64,000 nucleotides of DNA from an uncultured Planctomycetales bacterium (lineage in GTDB: Bacteria; Planctomycetota; Phycisphaerae; UBA1845; PWPN01), in assembly GCA_964569765.1 (NCBI GenBank), contig CAZMVY010000001.1, positions 4-64,003 of the forward strand, given 5' to 3'. Below, piece by piece: positions 18,695 to 27,408 of this stretch. The notes beneath the pieces were generated by a model. The model was given only the letters and a program-made list of their open reading frames with translations. It did not search any database and had not been told where the DNA came from. A program made the position numbers and the translations under genes. Each line of letters starts with the position of its first letter. Position 1 is the stretch's first letter.

Positions 18695-18764
18695 ATCCAT
18701 CGAGCGCGTCGCCTCCGCGGAACGGACCCTGTCGGTACCCGCCCGCCCATTGCCGGCGTCTTTT

Positions 18765-19715
18765 TCAGCCACCGGCCGAATCGAACCGCCACAGGCCAGC
18801 CTCGCGGGCGAAGCGGTAGGCCACCGCGATCTCCTTGGCCGTCGGTCGGCGGTTGATGGCGGCGAACCGTTGCTCGTACCGCCCGTCACAGACGAACCCG
18901 TCCGGCCGGTATTGCCCCATGATGTTGACAAACGTGTCGCGCGAAAGGCCCGCGAGCCACTCGAAGACCCGGCGGCTCTCGTCGAGCAGGCCCGGCATGA
19001 CCAGGTGTCGAACCAGCACCCCGCGGCAGGCCAGCCCGTCCGGAGTGAACTTCAGATCGCCCACCTGCCGGTGCATCTCGGTGATGGCCTCGCAGGCGCG
19101 CTCGGCGTAGTCCGGCGCGTTGAGGTAGAGGGCACACGCCTCGGGCGACCACAGCTTGAAGTCGGGCATGTAGATGTCCACCAGGCCGTCGAGCAGACGA
19201 AGCGAACCCACCGAGTCGTATCCGCCGGTGTTGTAGACGATCGGCAATCGCAGCCCGCGCTCTGCGGCGGTGGCGATGGCCTCGACGATCTGCGGCACCA
19301 CGTGTGTGGGCGTGACGAGGTTGATGTTGTGGCACCCCTCGTCCTGCAGGTTGAGCATCATGCGGGCGATCGTCTCGGCGGAGCACGGCCGGCCGTCGTC
19401 GCCGTGGCTGATGTCCCAGTTCTGGCAGAACGCGCACCCCAGGTTGCATCCGCCGAAGAAGATCGTGCCGCTGCCGCCCCGGCCGCGGAGGCAATCCTCC
19501 TCGCCGAAGTGGGCGAAGGCCGACGCCACCCGCGCAAGCCGCCCGACCCGGCAGATCCCCGTTTCATCGGCCAACCGGTTCACACGGCAATTGCGCGGGC
19601 ATCCCGCGCACGCCCGAAGCGACTCCACCGCCGCCCGCGCCCGGCCGCGCAGGTCCCCGCGCTGCGGCTCTTTCAGATAGGCAGGCACGAACGACTCAGT
19701 CGTGAACCGGTCCAT
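18765..19715 (-). CDS. Radical SAM protein, PflX-like (COG1313-type putative activase)
   Basis: ORF trimmed to ATG 19715 (MDRFTTESFVPAYLK). N-terminal Cys cluster CAGCPRNCRVNR..GICRVG. Radical SAM motif GGCNLGCAFCQNWDISH (CX3CX2C). Confidence 0.85.
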   Translation of the reverse strand: MDRFTTESFVPAYLKEPQRGDLRGRARAAVESLRACAGCPRNCRVNRLADETGICRVGRLARVASAFAHFGEEDCLRGRGGSGTIFFGGCNLGCAFCQNWDISHGDDGRPCSAETIARMMLNLQDEGCHNINLVTPTHVVPQIVEAIATAAERGLRLPIVYNTGGYDSVGSLRLLDGLVDIYMPDFKLWSPEACALYLNAPDYAERACEAITEMHRQVGDLKFTPDGLACRGVLVRHLVMPGLLDESRRVFEWLAGLSRDTFVNIMGQYRPDGFVCDGRYEQRFAAINRRPTAKEIAVAYRFAREAGLWRFDSAGG

Positions 19716-19865
19716 GCCGCTATCATAACAGCGCAAGCACGCAGGGCGCGTAGGGGCTGCTGTGCGGACGGAATCCGCAAGCCGAAGGCTGCTGTGCTCT
19801 GGGTTACGTCCGCGGAGCGGACCCTACCGACTCAGTCGTGAACCGGTCCATGCCGTTATCATAAC
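19692..19865. repeat. 38-bp direct repeat (1 mismatch), copies at 19692-19729 and 19828-19865
   Basis: cgactcagtcgtgaaccggtccatgccg[c/t]tatcataac occurs twice, 136 bp apart. Copy 1 contains the radical-SAM start codon and its first 8 codons. Confidence 0.9.
19804..19851 (-). promoter_or_regulatory. Candidate 15-codon upstream ORF created by the duplicated gene start
   Basis: Minus strand: ATG GAC CGG TTC ACG ACT GAG TCG GTA GGG TCC GCT CCG CGG ACG TAA, giving MDRFTTESVGSAPRT*. The first 8 codons are identical to the radical-SAM gene. Whether it is translated is unknown. Confidence 0.3.
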
Positions 19866-19975
19866 CGCACCGGACGCGGACGACGGAGACGGGCAGGGAG
19901 AGCTGTTACGCACCGTTCCTCTCGGGCGCCGTTCAGGCGAACGGCACGCAATAGCGTGCCCTACATACTGCGGAC

Positions 19976-19995
19976 GCGGCCTCTGGAGAGGCCGC
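19976..19995 (-). terminator. Terminator-like hairpin after the TIM-barrel gene (no U-tract)
   Basis: GCGGCCTCT-GG-AGAGGCCGC, 11 nt beyond the stop at 20007. Two more perfect hairpins follow: 19944-19959 GCACGC-AATA-GCGTGC and 19928-19945 GCCGTTC-AGGC-GAACGGC. Confidence 0.35.
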
Positions 19996-20006
19996 ACTCC
20001 ACATGG

Positions 20007-20855
20007 TTACCGGGCGATTTCCTTGCGGAGCCATTCGAGGCTCTGCTCGATCTTGCCGGGGGCGGCCTCGGATTCGATCGAGAGGACACCGTCCCACTTC
20101 ATGTCCTTGAGGATCTCGATGCAGCCGGCGATGTTCTCGGCGTTGACGCCCTCGCCGATCGCGACGACGGACGTGCTGATGCCGGTGTCGTGGCCGCGGA
20201 GCCTGGCGGCCAGCTCCTTGCTGACGTCTTTGATGTGCAGGTGCGCGACCTTGTGACGGAAGCGTTTGAGGAACTTCACCGGATCCTGGCCGGCGATGAA
20301 GGTGTTGCCGGTGTCGAAGTTCAGGCGGAGCCGCGGCGTGTCGTACATGGACAGGATACGTTCCATCGTGTCGGGGTTGGTCGTGTAGGGGCCGTGGGGC
20401 TCGACGTTGATGATGATGTCGTGGGTCTCGGCCCATTCGAGCACGACGCGGTAGTACTGCCTGATGAGGGCCATCACCTCTTCGTCGCTGTAGCCGGCGG
20501 GCTTGCGGGCGCCGTCGGTGGTGTCGACGCAGGGGCAGCCGACGGCCCTGGCGAACTTGATCGTCTTGATCGTGTAGTTGATGCCGCGGTACTGGCCCTC
20601 GGGGAACGAGATCGGGTAGGCCGCATCGAGCTGCGACTTCTTCAGGCCCATCGAGTCGAGGTACCGCTTGAGCTTGAGCGGGTCGGAGTCGAGCGGGATG
20701 TGCGGGTTGTAGCCGAGGGCCTGGACGAAGTACTCGCCGTCGATCGTGCCGAACTCGATGTACTCCATGCCGTGCTTCTTCGCGAACTCGCAGGGAACTT
20801 CGTACGTCGCGTCCAAATGGCGCCAGTTATCGACATGCATGCCGAGCTTCAACAT
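20007..20855 (-). CDS. Sugar phosphate isomerase/epimerase (xylose isomerase-like TIM barrel)
   Basis: ORF trimmed to ATG 20855, 6 nt after GGGAGG. Family-like blocks EYIEFG, INVEPHG, LNFDTGN and HLHIKD. Confidence 0.85.
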   Translation of the reverse strand: MLKLGMHVDNWRHLDATYEVPCEFAKKHGMEYIEFGTIDGEYFVQALGYNPHIPLDSDPLKLKRYLDSMGLKKSQLDAAYPISFPEGQYRGINYTIKTIKFARAVGCPCVDTTDGARKPAGYSDEEVMALIRQYYRVVLEWAETHDIIINVEPHGPYTTNPDTMERILSMYDTPRLRLNFDTGNTFIAGQDPVKFLKRFRHKVAHLHIKDVSKELAARLRGHDTGISTSVVAIGEGVNAENIAGCIEILKDMKWDGVLSIESEAAPGKIEQSLEWLRKEIAR

Positions 20856-21091
20856 GCCGGGCCTCCCTTGTGTGACAACCGTGGGCGCCGGAGAGGATAA
20901 CCACACCGCAGACGCGGGTCCAGGGATCGCGGAATGCGGATTGCAAAGGTGGGGCGGTAGCAGGCGCTGGAAGTTCCGCCCGGGGCGATTGCTGCCGCTG
21001 CGCGATGCGTTTCCTTTGCCCGCGCATCGTGCTCCAGGAACGAAGCGCCACCCTCACCCGTTTCCCCTTCGTGGAAGGGACGAGGCAGCGA

Positions 21092-21117
21092 ATGAAAACG
21101 CCGTCGATGGCGACGGC
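21092..21117 (-). terminator. Rho-independent terminator after the DUF1571 gene
   Basis: Minus strand reads GCCGTCG-CCAT-CGACGGC followed by GTTTTCATT. Lies 35 nt downstream of the stop at 21153. Confidence 0.5.
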
Positions 21118-21152
21118 GTGTGCGCGGCCCGGATCGCTTTTTCGGAAAACGG

Positions 21153-22058
21153 TCATTGCTCGCTCTTGCGCGAGAAATCCCGATCGGTCAGCCCGACGTT
21201 GAACTTGATGTCGGTCGTGACGTACTTGCCGAGCAACTTCGTCTTCGCCTCGTCGGCGTACGAGATGCAGCACGTGGGCATCAGGTACTCCTGATCGATA
21301 TGGACTACGAGAACCCGATCGGGGTACAGGCCGTCGTCGTTCGTGTAGGGAAGCCGTCGCTCAATCACCCACGTGGGCCGGCCGCCGATCGCACCTTCGC
21401 CGACGTACTTGACCTCCAGTTCGTTTCGCTTCGCGCCGATCTCGCAATACCTCAGGATGAGCCGCAGGCTGTTCAGGAAACCGAACTGATCGATCTGGCG
21501 ACGGCCGGCCTTGCGAGCGTCAGGACCGTCAATGGGCCGCATCACGTCGTCTACGAGCAGACGGGCGATCGCACCTGCGGGTTCAACGACAGCAAGCTTC
21601 TCACCGTCCCGGCCGGTCCACTTGCCCTCGACATAGATGGCCCGCTGGGCCTTGTCGGCGTTCTTGACCCACACCATGTTCACGCTGAAGGGCTTCTCGC
21701 GGAACTTCACCTGCGTAACCTGCTCGGCAGTCAGTTGCCCGCCCACGAGCTCCTGCTTGGAGAACGTGCATACATAATCATGGACGCTGCGCTCATATCG
21801 CTCGATGGCACCGCGGAAGAAGGCGAGGGGGTTCGTTTTGACCAACGTTGCCAACGGGTCAATCAGCGGCTCCGGGGGTTTGACGGTGGCATAGGCGGCG
21901 CTGGGGTTGAGCTTCGGTCTTGCAGCGGCAGCTTCGCGCGGGGTGATCTTGCCTGCGGAAAGCTTCTGGCACTGGATGCAGAAACCCACGACCAGACCCA
22001 AACCGACGACCGCGCGAAGTTTCCGCCCCGTCGTCCAGCGCCCCTGCTTATTACGCAT
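21153..22058 (-). CDS. DUF1571-like protein (Planctomycete-type, N-terminal membrane anchor)
   Basis: ORF trimmed to ATG 22058 (MRNKQGRWTTGRKLRAVVGLGLVVGF). Normal amino-acid composition. Family assignment is from memory of DUF1571 proteins. Confidence 0.7.
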   Translation of the reverse strand: MRNKQGRWTTGRKLRAVVGLGLVVGFCIQCQKLSAGKITPREAAAARPKLNPSAAYATVKPPEPLIDPLATLVKTNPLAFFRGAIERYERSVHDYVCTFSKQELVGGQLTAEQVTQVKFREKPFSVNMVWVKNADKAQRAIYVEGKWTGRDGEKLAVVEPAGAIARLLVDDVMRPIDGPDARKAGRRQIDQFGFLNSLRLILRYCEIGAKRNELEVKYVGEGAIGGRPTWVIERRLPYTNDDGLYPDRVLVVHIDQEYLMPTCCISYADEAKTKLLGKYVTTDIKFNVGLTDRDFSRKSEQ

Positions 22059-22859
22059 GCTATACGCCCTCAGTGGCTTTCGAAACACCTGACCGCGCTG
22101 TCGCCCCCCCGGCCAACCCTGGCCATCGACAGTGTGAATTCGACACATACAGGAGCCTGTCGCAGCCGTCGCTCTCTACCGACAATATCGGCAGTTCATC
22201 AGAGACCGCTTCGGCTGAAGTCCGGAGCCCGCGCCCGCCCCAGCAGGCGGTCTCAGAACCGGCATTCCGCACCACACGCGCCGATGCCCGCGTTCGTTCT
22301 CTGCTGGCCAGCGGGGTAGTATAGCTGACGCGGCTCCCTCCGGCAATCACCCCGTTTCGCCGGCACCTTTCGCGAGCTTATACCATCGAAGCGCGTCGGC
22401 GGCTTCAGCCAAGCCGCCTGGCGAGAATACGTAGCGGTAACCTGCTGTCGGAGCGTGGATTATGAAACCACGCGAAAGGCGCGGACGGCCGTCCAGGGCG
22501 ATCGTTCCGGCAGGTAACGCGCGACGGCGACTGGTTTTGTTTCCGTTTGCGCCCTCGCCATTGTCGGGCAGGACGGTTCTCTCGCAACAGCCGGGCTCCC
22601 ACAGTAAAGACCCCGCCCTGGGGATATTCCGGCGCAGGAGGCCTCGCCCACGATGTGTTCGCGAGAAAGCCATCAAGTCCTCCAGCAGGCCGCTTCTCAC
22701 TACTGGCGGCGGGGATTCGGCGGTGAAGCCGTTTCACTGGCGTGAAGGGATCCCCATCTATCCCCATCGAGATATCGGTACTCGTTAAACCTTTGCGGCT
22801 GCATAACCGATCGTCATGTAACGGTGTATAAGTCTGTGGCGAGAGGCAACAGGAGAACC

Positions 22860-23126
22860 ATGATGAGTAGTCTTCCGCGGCTGACGCGGTTCGGATGGAA
22901 GTTGGCGCTTGTGCTGGGCAGTGGCACGGTATTCGCGCTGGATGGGTGCGACCCTACCGTGAAGAGCACGGTGCTCGGCGGCCTGCAAGACGCCAGCACA
23001 ACCTTGGCGGATACGCTGATTCAGGCGTTCTTCACCAAGCTGCAAACGGACGGCCAGACCACCACCACTGGCACCACGACCACGTTGCTGCAAACGGCCC
23101 ATGATCTGATCCGGATGCTGGCCTGA
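22860..23126 (+). CDS. Small secreted/lipoprotein-like hypothetical protein (88 aa)
   Basis: ATG 22860, 4 nt after AGGAGA (22851-22856). Signal-like WKLALVLGSGTVFALDGC. Thr-rich tract TTTTGTTTT. No family recognised. Confidence 0.5.
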   Translation: MMSSLPRLTRFGWKLALVLGSGTVFALDGCDPTVKSTVLGGLQDASTTLADTLIQAFFTKLQTDGQTTTTGTTTTLLQTAHDLIRMLA

Positions 23127-23335
23127 CGGCGCCTTGCCTGCGTCGTTGTCCTCGACGCCGCCGCTGCCGGTTCAGGCCGGCGCATCGCTCAACCCGCACC
23201 GCGACGCCGTTCGTCGGGCGGCCCGCCTCCTACACACACAGGTCTCCTCTTGCCGGAGCCCTGCGCGCCGGATTGTTCGGGATTGATGCCCGGGCGTGCT
23301 ATTCCCCTGCCGGCCGACTATGATGACCGGCTCGT

Positions 23336-24586
23336 ATGAGTCGCGAGATCACCGCCGTCGGGGTCGATTCCGTCGAAACGCGCCGCGAGTCGATGCTGCG
23401 CACATCGACCTTCCTCCTCTGCGCTGTGGCTTTCCTGGCGGATGTGGCCGCCGGCCTCGTGGTGATTGCCCTTCCCTTCGCCGCCACCCGACTGGGCGCG
23501 GAGTTGGGTCCGGTGGGCCTCATCGGCGGGCTTTATATGGGCGCATACGCGCTGGCCTGCCTCGCCGCAGGTCCCTTCATCGATCGGTTCCGGCCTGGTG
23601 GCGTGCTGGTCGCGGGCCAGTTTGTCCAGGCCGCCGTTTCGATCGGCATCGCCCTGACCGGTCGGCTGTCGGTGCTGATCGTCCTGGTCGGTGCGTATGG
23701 CGTGCTCATGGTCACGGTCTGGCCGCCGCTGATGAGCTGGCTCGCGCACGGCCACGAGGGCGCTTCGTTGAACCGGCGCATCGGCTGGTTCAACGTAAGC
23801 TGGTGCAGCGGGCTTGTGGTCGGCCCGGTTCTGGGAGGCAGATTGTACGAACTCAGCCCGATCGCTCCGTTCATCGCGGCGGCCATCGTGCTGGCCGCCG
23901 GCGCTCTCCTCACGACAGCCGTGACGCTGCCCCAGCCAGCGGCCATCCGCCCGCGTGGGGCGCCGTGCCCGGCGGCGCCGACGCCTGTGCTCAGGCCCGA
24001 TGCCGCTGTATTCCGCCTGATGGCCCGGATTTCGGTCGTGGTGTGCACGGCGATTGCAGGGATGCAACGATTTCAGGTATTTGGTCTGGCCGAGGCCCTT
24101 GAGGTTCGCAAGGCCACCTGGGGCCTGGTCATGGCCGGGATGAGCCTGGCGAATATGGCGGGGTTCCTGCTGCTTGGGCGGACACATCGCTGGCACTACC
24201 GCCCTGCCGTACTCTGGGGGGCCCAGATCATGCTCGCCGTCGCCACCGTCTCGCTCGTGCTGGCCCGCGGCGCCTGGCACCTGGGAACCGTTGCCGTCAT
24301 CACGGGACTCTGCGGGAGCGTAGCCTACTCCTCGAGCCTGTACTACGGTGTCTCGAGCGGACAGCGTCGCGGCGCGCTCACGGCCGTCCATGAGATGCTT
24401 CTTTCGGCCGGCTTCGTGATCGGCGCGATTGGGAGCGGGGCGATGAGCCAGCGATTCGATCTCTGGACGCCGTACCCGACCGCGGCGGCCGTGCTGGGGT
24501 GTGCGGTACTGGCGCAGGTGATCCTCTATCGGGCCGCTCGTCTGCGGATGCCGAGCCCGACCACGCATTCCCGGGAGACTACCTGA
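23336..24586 (+). CDS. MFS transporter
   Basis: About 12 hydrophobic segments. MFS loop-like AAGPFIDRFRPGG. Alternative start at ATG 23393. Stop TGA 24584-24586 overlaps the next ATG (TGATG). Confidence 0.85.
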   Translation: MSREITAVGVDSVETRRESMLRTSTFLLCAVAFLADVAAGLVVIALPFAATRLGAELGPVGLIGGLYMGAYALACLAAGPFIDRFRPGGVLVAGQFVQAAVSIGIALTGRLSVLIVLVGAYGVLMVTVWPPLMSWLAHGHEGASLNRRIGWFNVSWCSGLVVGPVLGGRLYELSPIAPFIAAAIVLAAGALLTTAVTLPQPAAIRPRGAPCPAAPTPVLRPDAAVFRLMARISVVVCTAIAGMQRFQVFGLAEALEVRKATWGLVMAGMSLANMAGFLLLGRTHRWHYRPAVLWGAQIMLAVATVSLVLARGAWHLGTVAVITGLCGSVAYSSSLYYGVSSGQRRGALTAVHEMLLSAGFVIGAIGSGAMSQRFDLWTPYPTAAAVLGCAVLAQVILYRAARLRMPSPTTHSRETT

Positions 24587-25275
24587 TGAAACTGCCTGAA
24601 CGGCGTGTTCTGATCGCGCTGCTGGCGAGCCTCTGGATGCTGACGAGCTGCAAAGAGGAGGGGCGGGAGACGCCTCCGCCGAAGCCGCCCCGCGTGACAC
24701 CGGCAGCACCGCTCCCCGCCACAACCCGGTCCGTCACGACGACCGTGCCGTTTGGCACGGACGTTCACAGTGGAATGATGGTGCCGCCCGGGCATCCCCC
24801 TGTTGGCGAAGGGGCAGGTTCAGTCACCACGGCGCCTGCGGCGGGCAAACCGCTCCAGTTCACGGCCCCGGTCACCTGGAAGGCCGAGCCGCCGGCATCC
24901 AGCTTGCGCGTGGCCCAGTACCGGATTCCGCGGGCGGCGGGTGATCCGCAGGACGGCCTCGTGGTCGTTTCGACGTTTCCGGAGATGCGAGGAATGACGC
25001 AGATGAACATCGAGCGGTGGATCGAGCAATTCGGTCAACCGGACGGCCAGCCCTCAAGGGAGCGAGCCAACGTGACGACAATCACCGTGAATGGGATGCC
25101 GGCCACGGTTCTCCGGATTACGGGTACCTACGAGGGCCATCCGGGTTGGGCAATGTGCGCCGCCGATATTGAGGCGCCCGACGGCCCGTGGTTCGTGAAG
25201 ATGACCGGGCCGGAGAAGACAATCCAGGAGAACGATGCCGCGTTCGAGGCGTTCGTGAAGAGCGCAAGGCAGTAA
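24586..25275 (+). CDS. Hypothetical lipoprotein (229 aa), translationally coupled to the MFS gene
   Basis: ORF 24499..25275 trimmed to ATG 24586. Lipobox LASLWMLTSC. Pro-rich linker followed by a globular domain. No family recognised. Confidence 0.7.
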   Translation: MKLPERRVLIALLASLWMLTSCKEEGRETPPPKPPRVTPAAPLPATTRSVTTTVPFGTDVHSGMMVPPGHPPVGEGAGSVTTAPAAGKPLQFTAPVTWKAEPPASSLRVAQYRIPRAAGDPQDGLVVVSTFPEMRGMTQMNIERWIEQFGQPDGQPSRERANVTTITVNGMPATVLRITGTYEGHPGWAMCAADIEAPDGPWFVKMTGPEKTIQENDAAFEAFVKSARQ

Positions 25276-25359
25276 CCTGCGCGTGTCAGACACCAGCCGG
25301 ACTTCGCCGCGATCGAAGCCGCTCTCGCACGGGATGCCGCAGGGAAACCGCGGGATCGT

Positions 25360-26178
25360 TCAGAGGATGCCGCTACCGAAGTCGGAATCGGGCTCCGGCG
25401 GCTCGCTTTCGCGAGGCGGCGGAGGCGGCGGCGGAGGAGCCGGCGCGGCCGGCCTCTCGGACATTGGCTCCGGCGTTCGCGGCGGGCGGGGCTCCGCGGG
25501 ACGCTCCGAAGAACGATCCCGGTCGCGATCCCGTCCGTTTCGCCCGTTGCTGCGGCGCTCCTGGTGGCGTTCCTCGCGACGCTCTTCGCGACGTTCCTCC
25601 GGCTCGGGCTCGCTCGGGAACGAAAGCTCTTCCATTTCATCGGCCTGTTCGCGGGCCTCGGCGGGGACATCGGACTGCGCCTCGGATCGCGAAACCTTTC
25701 GCTTGGCGGCCTCGCGTTTGAGGTCGGCGATCAGATCGTCATAGTCGGAGTCGGCGAACTCATCGTCATCCACGGCGACGGGCTTGTAATCGGGCGACTT
25801 GGCGCGTTCAAGCTCCTGCTCGTAAGCGGCCTTGACAGCCTTCTCGATCCGCTCGCGGCACTGGCTGTTGATCGGGTGCGCCACGTCCGCGTGGTATTTC
25901 GGACGGCCCTCCGGATCCTTGCGGACTCGCTCGCGGTTGAGCTTCGCGCCGCATTCATTGCAGAACCGGGCGCGAAGGTGGTTTTTGGCGCGGCATCGCG
26001 GACAGCGGTCGGCCAGTTTGCGCGACGGCATCGCCACGAAGATTCCATTGGCCCCGTCGATCACCTTGAGATCGCGGATGACGAAATCCCCATCGAGGGT
26101 GACACTGCAAAACGCCCTGAGCCGATCCCCGCTGCCTCTGTTCGGGATCAGTCTTACACGCACTTCGGTGATTTCCAT
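25360..26178 (-). CDS. spoVG: SpoVG-family protein with inserted zinc ribbon and long disordered C-terminal tail
   Basis: [43 protein letters not shown]...HPINS matches the SpoVG core. CPRC..x10..CNEC is inserted between FVAMPS and HPIN. The tail is rich in E/R/D/P, including [14 protein letters not shown] lies 5 nt before the ATG. Confidence 0.85.
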   Translation of the reverse strand: MEITEVRVRLIPNRGSGDRLRAFCSVTLDGDFVIRDLKVIDGANGIFVAMPSRKLADRCPRCRAKNHLRARFCNECGAKLNRERVRKDPEGRPKYHADVAHPINSQCRERIEKAVKAAYEQELERAKSPDYKPVAVDDDEFADSDYDDLIADLKREAAKRKVSRSEAQSDVPAEAREQADEMEELSFPSEPEPEERREERREERHQERRSNGRNGRDRDRDRSSERPAEPRPPRTPEPMSERPAAPAPPPPPPPPRESEPPEPDSDFGSGIL

Positions 26179-26200
26179 GACCGTCTCCTGCTCAATGCCC

Positions 26201-27187
26201 TCAATTCATCGCGCCGCTTTCCTGAAGCCGGGCCGTCTCCGCACGAATGCCGAACCGGGCGCGAACAGTCCTTGCACAACTCTCGGCTTCCTCGACGCTG
26301 TCACACGCGGTAAACATCGACGAGCCGCTCCCGCAGAGCTGCCACGGACGGTCGCACGCCCGCCGGAGAGCGGCGTGCAGTTCCGCTAATTTGTCAAATC
26401 GCCGAAACGCCGCCGCTTCCAGCCCATTACGGCAGCGCTCCAGCAGTTCCCTCGCCGTCCATCGCGAGGCGGCCGTGCCGTCGCCAAAGACGGACGCTGC
26501 CTCCGATACGACCCGAAGATCCTCCCGCCTCACGCCGGCATACACCTCGCGGGTAGGCACGTGGAGGGCCGGCATGGCCACCACCAGGAACCCCGGCCAC
26601 CTGAAGGTAAGCGGCTCGACGAACTCACCCCGGCCCCGCGCCACCGCGGTACCGCCGGTCATCAGGAGAGGAACGTCCGAGCCGATTGCGGCGGCAATCG
26701 GAAGGAGCCGAGGCAAGGACCAGTCCAGTCCCCACAGCCGATTCAGCCCCCGCAGGACCGCCGCCGCGTCGGAGCTTCCGCCGCCGAGACCCGCACCGGC
26801 CGGGATGCGCTTCGTAAGGTCGATCGATGCGCCGCAGCGGATACCGGATCGCCGCGCGAGCATTGCGGCGGCACGGCAGGCGAGGTTGTCGTCGTCGGTC
26901 GGCACGGAAGGGTCGTTGCAGGTGAGCAGGATCGACGAGTCCCCGGCTCGACTCGATACGACGACTTCATCGGCGAGCGTAATCGTCGAGGCCACGGTCT
27001 CCAACTCATGGTAGCCGTCGTCCCGTCGCTCGAGGATATCGAGTATCCAGTTGATCTTCGCAGGCGCCGACAGCCTGATCGCGCCGGCCGCTGTCGAGGA
27101 AGCAATCCCGACAGTTGAGCCGTCAAGTACGGAGGTCGCGCGGTCATCATTGGCCCGGGGCGGGGTCATGTCCGCTGGATGCTCCAT
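26201..27187 (-). CDS. ispE: 4-diphosphocytidyl-2-C-methyl-D-erythritol kinase IspE
   Basis: [25 protein letters not shown] and GHMP motif [19 protein letters not shown] 26201..27412 trimmed to ATG 27187 (alternative 27169). The promoter at 27357-27384 lies inside the longer ORF. Confidence 0.88.
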   Translation of the reverse strand: MEHPADMTPPRANDDRATSVLDGSTVGIASSTAAGAIRLSAPAKINWILDILERRDDGYHELETVASTITLADEVVVSSRAGDSSILLTCNDPSVPTDDDNLACRAAAMLARRSGIRCGASIDLTKRIPAGAGLGGGSSDAAAVLRGLNRLWGLDWSLPRLLPIAAAIGSDVPLLMTGGTAVARGRGEFVEPLTFRWPGFLVVAMPALHVPTREVYAGVRREDLRVVSEAASVFGDGTAASRWTARELLERCRNGLEAAAFRRFDKLAELHAALRRACDRPWQLCGSGSSMFTACDSVEEAESCARTVRARFGIRAETARLQESGAMN

Positions 27188-27356
27188 TTGCGCGGCCACG
27201 GGGTCGTCCGTCGCCTCACAACAGCCGTCAGGAATGCGAAAACCGATGAATTGGCCGGTGCGCGATCCCTCGCGCCGAATAGAAAAACCGGTGAAATGTA
27301 TCCGCAGGTGCCGCGCATGGTGCCGTCCGAACTCCGATCCCGCGTCAACTGCAATG

Positions 27357-27384
27357 ATTTTAGCTCGGGGGACCGCGCTGTCAA
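27357..27384 (-). promoter_or_regulatory. Strong sigma70-like promoter for ispE-spoVG
   Basis: Minus strand reads TTGACA (27384-27379), a 16-nt spacer, then TAAAAT (27362-27357). Implies a ~160-nt leader before ATG 27187. Confidence 0.5.
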
Positions 27385-27408
27385 GCCGTGACCGACGCCG
27401 CGCGATGC

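Noticed and set aside
18765-19715. Radical SAM gene next to a sulfatase as a possible anaerobic sulfatase-maturating enzyme (anSME)
   Set aside because: The N-terminal CxxCPRxC cluster plus GGCNLGCAFCQNWD is PflX/COG1313-like. I see no C-terminal SPASM-type multi-Cys domain. The genes are convergent, not co-oriented. No FGE or anSME was recognised anywhere in the window.
22213-22265. Strings resembling RNase P RNA conserved regions (GAAGUCCGGAGCC at 22217-22229 and CAGAACCGGC at 22254-22263)
   Set aside because: In RNase P RNA these two P4 strands lie ~250 nt apart, with many other conserved blocks between them (GGUAAGAGCGCACC and others) that I cannot find. Here they are ~30 nt apart, so this is probably chance in GC-rich DNA. 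A cmscan would settle it.
22653-22745. 30-codon plus-strand ORF (MCSRESHQVLQQAASHYWRRGFGGEAVSLA*) after AGGAGG in the large non-coding gap
   Set aside because: The SD-to-ATG spacing is 11 nt. There is no signal, motif or conservation evidence, and it is indistinguishable from chance.
23318-24724. 468-aa minus-strand ORF
   Set aside because: It is antisense to the MFS transporter, whose frame gives ~12 hydrophobic helices. The product is Arg/Gly/His-rich.
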